A DNA stretch of 64,000 nt from Oikopleura dioica (lineage: Eukaryota > Animalia > Chordata): NCBI GenBank assembly GCA_907165135.1, contig OU015568.1:5394001-5458000 (forward strand), read 5' to 3'. The notes beneath the pieces were generated by a model, which saw nothing but the letters and a program-made list of their open reading frames with translations, did no database searches and was not told the DNA's origin. Position 1 is the stretch's first letter. The number at the start of each line of letters is the position of its first letter. Position numbers and translations under genes: made by a program. Positions 51,704 through 60,587 of this stretch are shown one piece after another.

Positions 51704-52988
51704 TTACTCAAGTGTTGTTAGCGTCTCCGTGACAGTAGTCAGTCGATTTCCTAAATTGTTTAAAGTTCTCACTGTTTCAGTCAGTGCTCGTTGTATTTCC
51801 AGGTCAAAGTCTTGTATTCCTTCATGAGTAATTCGATTCTTTAGGTTAGAAGAAGCCCTACAAGTATAAGAAAAACAAAATTATAAATAATCAATCTACC
51901 TAGACATTCTTTGCAATAAGTTTACAAACATCCCCAGTTTACGATCAAGTTTTCGGATCGTATCTCTTTTGACCGCTTCTGACAAATCATTATAAAAGCG
52001 CTCCTCGTCTTGGTTCATGCTAAAAAAGATAATCTGGTGCAAACCCTTGAAACAGAGATTAGTTCATTCCTTAGTTTTTCAGTAAGAAAATACGCGGTAT
52101 TGTTCCAAAAGTAAGAGGGAAGAGGATTTTTCATAATAATGTCTTCGAGAACAGAAAGAGCTACATAGACTCCGGTATGTCGTCAAAATCTAAAAATCGG
52201 TTACGATAACGAATAGGAAATTTTGTAATTTACCTGAAAGCCTGGAAAGGCTCTCACTGACGCTGCACGATGATCCAAGGATTAACGACCTCTAGTTAGA
52301 GAATAACATTAAGTCATGAATATAGAAAAAGAACGGCCTTACTTTAAACCTGCGACGGAAGGACTCCAGACTTTTGTTAATTTCAGTTGAAAATCGGTTT
52401 TCCGACATTTCATTGAGCCTCCGGTTCATGGATCCTTCCGAAACACAACCATTACCCCCCGAAATACGTCGGCAGTGCCTAAAAGAAAAATAACACCTTA
52501 TTCCACAAAGAGAAATCATACTTGCGGTAGAACTCTGCGGTAAGGAACGGATAGTTCGCCGCGGCATTTTCATACTTAGACCAATTGACATGTTTTCCTG
52601 TTCGCTTGACGATTTTCTGCAAGAATCTACGGCTCACGATATTGAGCCTGTAAGGAACCAATTGGCTGATTACATCAAGTTCATGATATGCGGGATTTAG
52701 GCACTGATAGGAGGATTCACCATCAGGGATATACTACTTTGCGGATGTAAGAATCAAAAAATAAGTGAACCCTACCCTTAAAACAATCCAGAGGTTCAAT
52801 GCTTATCCGAAGATCGAAGTTTCGACCTTTTGTTTTTTCAACTTGCCCAAATACAATGAGCTGCCGGATGCCATATGTTATTGGGCTACAGCTATCAACA
52901 ATTAGATATGAATGAACATAGTGAGCCGGGTAGCTCCGCAGGATTGAAAGCTGCTTTTCGATACTCGTGACGAATGACGGCTGCAAAG

Positions 52989-53019
<31 letters not shown>

Positions 53020-53557
53020 ATATAATAATAAAATATAGTAGTTAATTAGGAAAGTTGATTTCTACTGAATTTCTGTATCATCAAAGTGGGCGAGATTTCT
53101 TTGTCGCCCGGGGCCAAATATGACCCGTGATGACTCAGAAAATTCAGTTGAGGGAAAAAACTTTCAGTAAAAATTATAACGTTAAAATCTTACATTCTTT
53201 CTCACGGGAACTCGTTCTTGCCCATCCTTGTCAACAGGCTAGATGAGTAATATTCATTTTTGAAAACCCAAAAACTGGAGCTTACCTGTCTATCATTTTC
53301 TCCTTCAAGATTCAAAGAGTCATCGCGGGAAGTCGTCTCACTGTCCTGATTCACCCTAACCAGGTTTTAAATATTCAGAGCTTTAACGGGCGACTTACGG
53401 ATAAACACCTGTTTCATATAGCGTCTGGGTAGAAATGAGGCAAGCGTGCCCTTGAAGATCGCTAGGGGAACTTTCCCTACTCAGTAGACTATTTGAAAAT
53501 AATTAAGAATAAAAAATTTCTTGAAATGAATTACCTCGATGATGGAAAATCAGCCAT
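51704..53557 (-). CDS. Intron-containing antisense gene inside the retroelement, ~10-11 exons, unknown protein
   Basis: Exons 53535-53557, 53399-53488, 53286-53355, 53194-53238 and 53160-on join in one open frame across GT-AG introns of 46, 43, 47 and 33 nt. Last intron 51858-51899, last exon ends ..TETLTTLE*. Central junctions are uncertain. Confidence 0.7.
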
Positions 53558-54155
53558 TTTTGCGTTTTTTCTCTTTTTTTTGTGCGAAAATGAAGCTAGG
53601 AAATCAAATTGCGTTTTAGATGCAAATTTTCCAAGGCCATAAAGCCTTTGTTAGGAAAATTTAACCACGGATGTGCGTTCAACATGCAAAATGCGAGAAG
53701 AAACAGATTTAAAGCCTATAAAATGCTATGAATGAATAGGATGTTCGAAGTATTCGAGAATTTTCGAGAAGCTTCTAGAATCTCAAAAATTCTGCATCAA
53801 ATAAATGAAAAGAAAATGGATCCTAAAGGACCCAATAAAAACAGAATAAAATGATCGTTTGACGTCAAGGAAGTACAGTAATTCTTCCGGAAAAAGCGTT
53901 TCTTTCCCAAAGTAGGAAGAAACACTAAGAACCCAAAATTCAAGTCGCACAGACGGTTGAAAAACGCTGAAGATGCCAAAATAAAAGTATAAATACGGAA
54001 CCATTCTACTCCGAAAAGCATCAGTTCCACAAATCAAGAAAAATCCAAATCTCTTTTGGAAAATCGCTTCTTTTTTCAGCAAGAATGAGCCAAATAGAAA
54101 CAACTCCTGAGCATCTCAACCTAGAAAAACCGAAGAGGAGATTGACGAGGAATTA

Positions 54156-54872
54156 ATGAAAATGGACGGGGAGGAAGCTGTGCCGACTACCTCAACAACC
54201 AACGATCAAAGTTCTCAACCTGAAAATCGACAAGCGACTAACGAAATCCAGATGCAGGAGAACGAAGAGCAAGCTCCTGAACTCCAATCTTTTGAAGAAC
54301 TCACACAAAGACAATTTAAATCCCTCAGAGACGGCTTCTTGTCCAATCAACTCGACCGAAGAAGCGTGATGATTACTGCGAATATCGAGCCGGATTACGA
54401 CTATGTCTCTGATGAGACAAACGTTCAAACGGCTCGAGACTTATGCGAGCAAATCAAGAAGGCGAGGTTTTCAGCAGTTCGAAGTACTATTAACCGCCTG
54501 ATAAGCGAAAAGCGAAGTCTACCCTTTATCAACTCATTGCGGGAGCTGTTCGACAGCGACACCGTTCTCTACAACTCCCACAATATATGTGGGTTGCACG
54601 TTCCTCTCCGGGTATTTGCCCATGGATACAGGCAGACGAACTTCGTCATTCTCGTCAGCTCGCCCATACAAAGCATCATGTACCTGGGCGTACCGGCCCC
54701 CACAGACAAAGTGTCTCCAGATCTCACAGGGATGAGTCTTTATCCGAAAATCAACGGCCACAACCTAAAGATGATGCGAAAATTCCTAGTCCTGCAAGGC
54801 CTCCGTGTCTGTAAGATTCAAGGCAACTTCTTCTCTGGCCGATACTACAACCGAAACTACCGATACTACTGA
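54156..54872 (+). CDS. Accessory ORF, 238 aa, unknown function
   Basis: Clean ATG-TGA ORF ending just before the PPT and 3' LTR. Confidence 0.7.
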   Translation: MKMDGEEAVPTTSTTNDQSSQPENRQATNEIQMQENEEQAPELQSFEELTQRQFKSLRDGFLSNQLDRRSVMITANIEPDYDYVSDETNVQTARDLCEQIKKARFSAVRSTINRLISEKRSLPFINSLRELFDSDTVLYNSHNICGLHVPLRVFAHGYRQTNFVILVSSPIQSIMYLGVPAPTDKVSPDLTGMSLYPKINGHNLKMMRKFLVLQGLRVCKIQGNFFSGRYYNRNYRYY

Positions 54873-54885
54873 AGAGGAAATCTCT

Positions 54886-54901
54886 TGGAGGGGAAGAGAT
54901 G
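54886..54901 (+). promoter_or_regulatory. Polypurine tract
   Basis: GGAGGGGAAGAGA directly upstream of the 3' LTR. Confidence 0.8.
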
Positions 54902-55157
54902 TGACGACTAGAGATTCTTGATTAATCTCGAACGACAATTCTTCCTATGATTCCTCCAGTTACTGTCTCTCTCCTTTGTCCTACACTTCTTTCGCGTCAC
55001 TTCATATTTTACTGTGCACACATAATTCAGCTTATAATCAGCACTCGTCCCTGCGTTCCATGAGTCCAAGTTCAACTCCCTTTCAGTTCACTCCATCTCT
55101 CAATAAATATCCAATCAAGCTCACCGCTCGAGTCTTGCTTACCAGTTCTTTATTATA
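54902..55157 (+). repeat. 3' LTR (256 bp)
   Basis: Identical to 41534-41789. Confidence 0.93.
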
Positions 55158-56353
55158 GTGTTCGAGTGACGAGAACGAGTTCCGCTCCAGCGGACTGACG
55201 CAGCCTAATTCAGTTTTTGCGCAAAACAGAGTAGCTCAATTTTCATCCAAGAACACTTGTTTCTTCGTTTTCTTTTTCTTTTATGAACGGAGATACGAGC
55301 ATCGACATCTTTAAGTAAAAAGAAGGGGCCCCTTGTTCACCCTCACATTTTCTTTGAGTATGCCCTTGTTGAGCTTTGTGCCACGTAGCCTTTTATTTCC
55401 GGGATAAAACTATTCAGGGCTCGACAATCTGAAAAAGGGGCCCCTTGTTCATCCTCTTTCTTTCTACATGTATCCCCTTATTCATCCTTGCGCTGCGTAG
55501 CTTTACAAATGAATTCTGCTCGATAATCTGCGCCGAAAACCTGAGTCAGGGTCCCAAATAATTCTTTTGATAATAGTCGCCTAGTTTCTATGAGGACCCT
55601 GACTCAGGTTTTCTTCACAGGTTGCCGAGCCGAGTTCATTTGTAAGGCCACGTAGCCCAAGAGATGAACAAAGGGAAACATGGAGAATGAAAGAGGATAG
55701 ACAAGGGGCCAGCTTTTTCTGAAAAGAGCAAGCAGAAAGCTCTTTCTTGAAAGTTTTCTGATGAAATCGCAAACTTGAAAGTTGAACTATCGCTTATTTT
55801 ATAATTCGGCGACGATGTTATTTTGGTTTTCTGGCGATAATAAACCAAATATCTCGAATGTTCGGTTTCGAATTTCTCGTATTAGAAACGATTAGCGAAT
55901 TATATAATTCGAAAATATTTTTGGTTAAAAAGACGATAGACACAGACTAAATGCAGCAGCTTATCTGATGAAAAAATGGAAGTTACTTTTTCTAAACTTT
56001 ACAGAACCCTTAACAGAATCCCAAATCCTCTTGACTCCTTTAGCCTATCTCATATGTACTAGGCTGATGTCTTGATAAAAATCTACATGATAATTTCTTA
56101 CTCGAGCAGGGGTCTGGATTTTGGCCAAAAATGAAAAGCGAAAGCGAAGCGAAAGCGAAAATTTTTCAAAAATTAAAAGCGAAAGCGAAGCGAAGCGAAT
56201 GAAAATTTCGTGAGCGAAAGCGAAAATAGGAAAGAACAAAGTAACCTTTTTCTTTTTATCGGGCTCGGAAACCTGTGTAGAAAACCTGAGTCAGGGTCTA
56301 AAAGATCATACGCAGCTTTTCTTAGATGATATTTCAGACCCTGACTCAGGTTT
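55158..56353 (+). repeat. 1.2-kb direct repeat, copy 2, right flank
   Basis: Matches 40336-41533, as also shown by the duplicated ORFs 40759/55581, 40814/55636 and 41224/56045. Confidence 0.95.
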
Positions 56354-56895
56354 TCTACAGAAGTTTTTGAGCCCGGATTTAGTCATCCTTTTTTCCTGAA
56401 AAAAGAAAAAGGCACTCCCTTTTAAGAGGTTGTGAATTGAGCGATTGTCGCATTTTGCCTTCTCAGCTAATGTTAAAACTCCGCACCTGTTCCTGCTTGC
56501 TTTTTACCACAACGTGTAAAGCGGCTGTAAAAGTGACTGGCGCGGGAATGTCAACCCTCTTGCTCGGTTTAGAAAAGTCAACGGCCCCGACGTCCGACAA
56601 TTTTCGAATTTGCAGAAAATTTGCTAAACGAAAGAAAAACCAAGAAGACACCTGCTTATGAAAATGAGCAGAGTTGAATTCAATTACGCTTTTTTCTTTC
56701 CTTTTCGCTGGGAATATAAATATTCAAGCGAAAAATGGCAGGATTGATCTTTTCCTCGTCCTGGGCTGAGCAACCTGCGTAGAAAACCTGAGTCAGGGTC
56801 TCAAAGATCTTTAAGGAAAAGCCGCGCAGCGGCTTTTTTAATAACTAAGCCGCGTAGCGGCTTCGCAAGATCAAACTTTAAAGTAAAAATCGATG

Positions 56896-57112
56896 TCTGA
56901 CCACGGTGATAAAAACCTGAGTCAGGATTTGAAAAATCTTCAACGAAAGCCGCGCAGCGGCTTTTTAATAACTAACTCGCGTAGCGGCTTCGCAAAATTA
57001 CATTACAAACAATTTTTTTGTAATTCTGCGAAGCCGCGAAGTTATGAAAAAGCCGCTGCGCGGCTTTCGTTGAAGATTTTTCAAACCCTGACTCAGGTTT
57101 TTGTCACCGTGG
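56896..57112. repeat. Palindrome with TGAGTCAGG and AAGCCGC modules
   Basis: CCACGGTGATAAAAACCTGAGTCAGG ... CCTGACTCAGGTTTTTGTCACCGTGG. A partial direct copy of the left arm lies at 56780-56870. Confidence 0.75.
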
Positions 57113-57956
57113 CCAGGAGTCGATTTTAACTTGGAAGTTTGATTTTGATAAATTCTTTACTATAAAACGTGTCTTTTTATTTGCATTAAAAATCGAACTT
57201 CAAGAAAGTTGATAATTTATCAAAAACATGATCCAAGGTGTGGCTAGACTTATTTGATAAATCATGTTGCCAAATCGACGGGTCAAATTTCGGACTTATT
57301 AAATTTATTATTCCAGTTTAGAAATATTTGATTTTCGATTGGGAGAAAAATTAAGGGAGAGGGGGCCTATTTTATATCAATACGAAAAAAGGCAGCTAAA
57401 TGCTGTTTTCGAGCTGTCCATATCGTCAAGTTCAAGTGCCCGCACTCGAAATAACTATATTTATCGCCGAAACCACTTTCAGTTGATGAGTTCTTCGTCG
57501 CTCCAGCAAATCGCGTATCGACGTGAAAAAAGAAAAATCTTCTTTTGAAAAAATAACGTCGGGAAATCTCGGTTGCCGTTCAATTTTAGCACTGAGAGTT
57601 GTTTCTATTTTAAATGATTTTCTGCTGAAAGTCATTACTGAGGATTAGTTATCGATAAATCCGGATTAGGAGCAGGCTAAACTTGACGCACTCAAACAAC
57701 TATTAAGGCGCCCACTTTCTAGTGAAACAGGGTGAGGTTTAAATGATCTCTTCGTTGAAATAAGGGTAGACAGAGAAGACTCCATATCCGGAGTGGCGAG
57801 GAGACGGAACGTAGTGCCCCCTTACTTCTTCGAGGTTCAATGGTGGAGACATCTTGAGGACTCGTCGCTGAGACTTAAGAGAAAGTATAAGTACCAGATA
57901 TTGGGTCAAGATTGGGGTAAGGGTTGATCAACCCTTAAGTTTGAGTGCGAGCAGGA

Positions 57957-58240
57957 AAATAACATTTTGACACCCTTATTTTTCTTCGGATTCAGGGACG
58001 ATGTTTTCAAAATGCCCATTTTTGGGTGGAATTTCTTTCGTTACTAGACTGGAATTACTGCTTAAAAAAGGAGCCGCTTCGAAGCGCGGCTTTTTCAGTT
58101 TCTTCGCTTGAAGCCGCAAGCGGCTCCTTTTTTCAGCAGTAATTCTGGTCTAGTTATGGAAGAAATTCTACCCAAAAATGGCCATTTTGAAGAAATCATC
58201 TCTGATTTTGAAAAAAATAAGGGTGTCAGAATGTTATTTC
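57957..58240. repeat. ~285-bp palindrome centred on AAGCCGC/GCGGCT hairpins
   Basis: AACATTTTGACACCCTTATTTTT ... AAAAATAAGGGTGTCAGAATGTT. Confidence 0.75.
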
Positions 58241-58928
58241 CGGCTTTAAATGCGCCGAAAGATTTCAACCTTTGATTTCTAGCCACAAGTGAGAGATCCG
58301 AACTTTCTCTCGTAGTTGTTCTCTTGGTTTCCTGCAGGAAGGGGACTCTACTTGGCCGGTTCTATTGTTTTATTTCAGTAATTCAGAGAGTGTCTTGTTC
58401 AGGGTAGTGCAGGGCTATTTCTAGTGCGCGAGGCGCCTGGCCTAATGATAAGAGATGAGAGGGGACGGGCGAGAAGTGAGCTCGGGGAAAATTCCGATCC
58501 CACATCCCACCCAAGTCCGAGAGAAAGGCGAAATAAATCAGCAAGAAAACATAAACGATAACAGGTAAGAGCTTTAGCAATCAATGTATAAATAACGATT
58601 CAAAGTAAAGATTCGAGACACAGCGAAAAAGAACGTGGCGATAATTTGCACAAAAAATACAGGTAACTTTTGTTAGTAAATTCTTTTTGTTTTTCTATGT
58701 TAGATTTTATGATTTTTTTCTGTTGAATAATAGAATTTTACGATTTTTTTTTTTTTTTCAGGATTTTTACGTTGTTTCAAACACACGCATCGTTAATTTA
58801 CAAAATGAATAAACTCCCCTCCTCATCTTAAAATTGTTAGTAATTCGAGATAATTGCACTTTTTTTAGTGATTAGATGAGGAGGCTTAAATAATTACATT
58901 GGGGATTTCGAAATAATTAAGCACAAAT

Positions 58929-59422
58929 TTAATCGATAGTAATAGTACTCTGGCATTTGTTCGCGGCGTTGACGTCGTTGTTGACATCGTTGTTGACCTC
59001 GTTGTTGCACTGAGTATCATCTGACGATTCACTGTCGCTCATTTTGCTGAGTTCATTTCGAATTTCAAGTTCACTAGCGCTTCTGAAGGGACCAAGCATA
59101 GTTTCTTCAAGGGATACCAGTTGTTTTTTCAATTCGGTTAGTTCCTTTTTAAATTCTTGATATCGCTTGAAGTAGGGTCTTCCATTTTAAACCATATCAT
59201 TCCTCGTTCGGAGCAGTTCAGATATTCTAATTCGCCGGATCTCTTAGAGACAATGTTAATCCAAAATTCGCCTCCATCTGCTGTCGCGATTATCTGGTCC
59301 TTTTCGAATTTCCCATGTTCTAGTGTTTCCTTGAACCATAAATGCGAAGGGTCGAGGAGGCGATGTCTTTTCGTTAAATCGTCGCAATCGTAGCAAGCTC
59401 GAGATCTATTTCTTCGAGGCAT
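58929..59422 (-). CDS. Accessory ORF of element 2, ~165 aa with one homopolymer frameshift
   Basis: ORFs 59138-59422 and 58929-59132 join as ..NLKKELTELKKQLV.. if one base is added to the T5 run at ~59146-59150. Confidence 0.5.
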
Positions 59423-59604
59423 TTTGATTTTTCTCGTTTTCTGTTTTTCTCAGTCTGGGCTTTCAGAACTTGAAATCTGATTTTTATTTCTAGCGTGCTC
59501 TGGCGATAAAGCGTCTGCTGATACGGCGACTTCTCCTGATCCAGAAGGTTAGCAAATTCCTTCAGAGTTCAAGTGTCAGAGTACTTCAGTATCATTGCTG
59601 TCTG

Positions 59605-60099
59605 TTGATAATGGATGATTTTCGATCTGTAATGGAAAATTTCCACGAACCAGGAACTCTCCAAGAGTGGAATCGAAGACTCGGGCGAGTTGCTCGCGTT
59701 TTTGCTGAAACTGGAGGTTTTGACGATGGCGAAGAGATCGTCGGAGTGGTGTCATATCGGTTCCGGTGGAACGCAGAGGGCGCGTACTTTGGCTACTCAG
59801 AAACCTACACAATTTGTGAGACGATGACTCCACGAGACCACGGCGCATTTGAAAGACGTTTCCGGTTTCTTCCCTACGAGTTCTGCCCCGACGAAGTGTG
59901 CCGAGAGTTGTTGTGGCTTGGAGAAGCGTGTTCCCCAACACTCATAATGCCCCGCGACATTCCTCTTATTGACGATTACGATTTCTTCCGAATCCGCTCG
60001 CTGGCTTATCATCAGAATTACGTACAAGCGTCTGGTGACGAGTTGAAAGACAAATTCTGCTCCACAATTCGCCAACAAGTTCTATCTTATTTTGCTTGA
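59605..60099 (+). CDS. Antisense accessory ORF of element 2, ~160 aa, unknown
   Basis: The frame is open from 59494 to 60099, with first ATG at 59611. Confidence 0.55.
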   Translation: MIMDDFRSVMENFHEPGTLQEWNRRLGRVARVFAETGGFDDGEEIVGVVSYRFRWNAEGAYFGYSETYTICETMTPRDHGAFERRFRFLPYEFCPDEVCRELLWLGEACSPTLIMPRDIPLIDDYDFFRIRSLAYHQNYVQASGDELKDKFCSTIRQQVLSYFA

Positions 60100-60587
60100 T
60101 TATTCTTTTTGAGTGACTGACATTTTTCTTTGCTGTGAATTCAAAATATATAACACTTCTTTTTTAATGGAGGAGTTTTTATCTTCTTTCAAATTTGTTG
60201 TTGGAAAACTTGTATTCCGGCAGCCAAGGTTTGTCAGTGACGTCATAATCATTTTTTCGTAATTTTCAAATTTTGTGTCTGCGCGCGCGGTCGAGTTAAA
60301 TGTATCTTTAACGGGTTAACAATGCGCGCGGCGCAGCGGCGAGGTGTGAAGTTGGCAGCGAGTGGCGCGACGGAGTAGTGAGAGACGAAAGTGGCGTTGT
60401 AGCAGGCGCTGCGCGCGTCGGGCGCGGCGAGGTGTGAAGTTGGACAGCGACGCACTAGTTAAGGACGAAAGTTGAGTTGGGGAAGGCGCTGCGCGCGCCA
60501 GCGGAGTTGATGGTAGCGACGAGGTGTGAAAATGGGTGAGCGTGGCGTGGCTGGCAAGAGTAATGAGCGCGACGGTAGAGAAGAGGT

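Larger units (their letters stand above)
41534..55157 (+). mobile_element. Full-length Ty3/gypsy LTR retroelement with env (Tor-like), 13.6 kb
   Basis: Identical LTRs, PBS, PPT, gag, pol in PR-RT-RH-IN order, env and accessory ORFs. Confidence 0.95.

Noticed and set aside
40336-56353. 1.2-kb repeats as LTRs of an outer element
   Set aside because: There are no TG..CA ends, PBS or PPT for them, and the content is ordinary intergenic palindrome modules.
31780-57100. CRISPR-like array formed by the TGAGTCAGGG modules
   Set aside because: The copies are dispersed, mostly inverted and irregularly spaced, with no cas genes in this eukaryotic context.
57640-57930. Coding-like fragment of about 60 codons
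   Set aside because: No ATG, flanked by stops and no recognisable motif.
58810-58890. Minus-strand GATGAGGAGGGGAG as the PPT of element 2
   Set aside because: It is not followed by a TG-starting LTR and is also one arm of an 11-bp hairpin. The 5' LTR is outside the window, so it cannot be verified.
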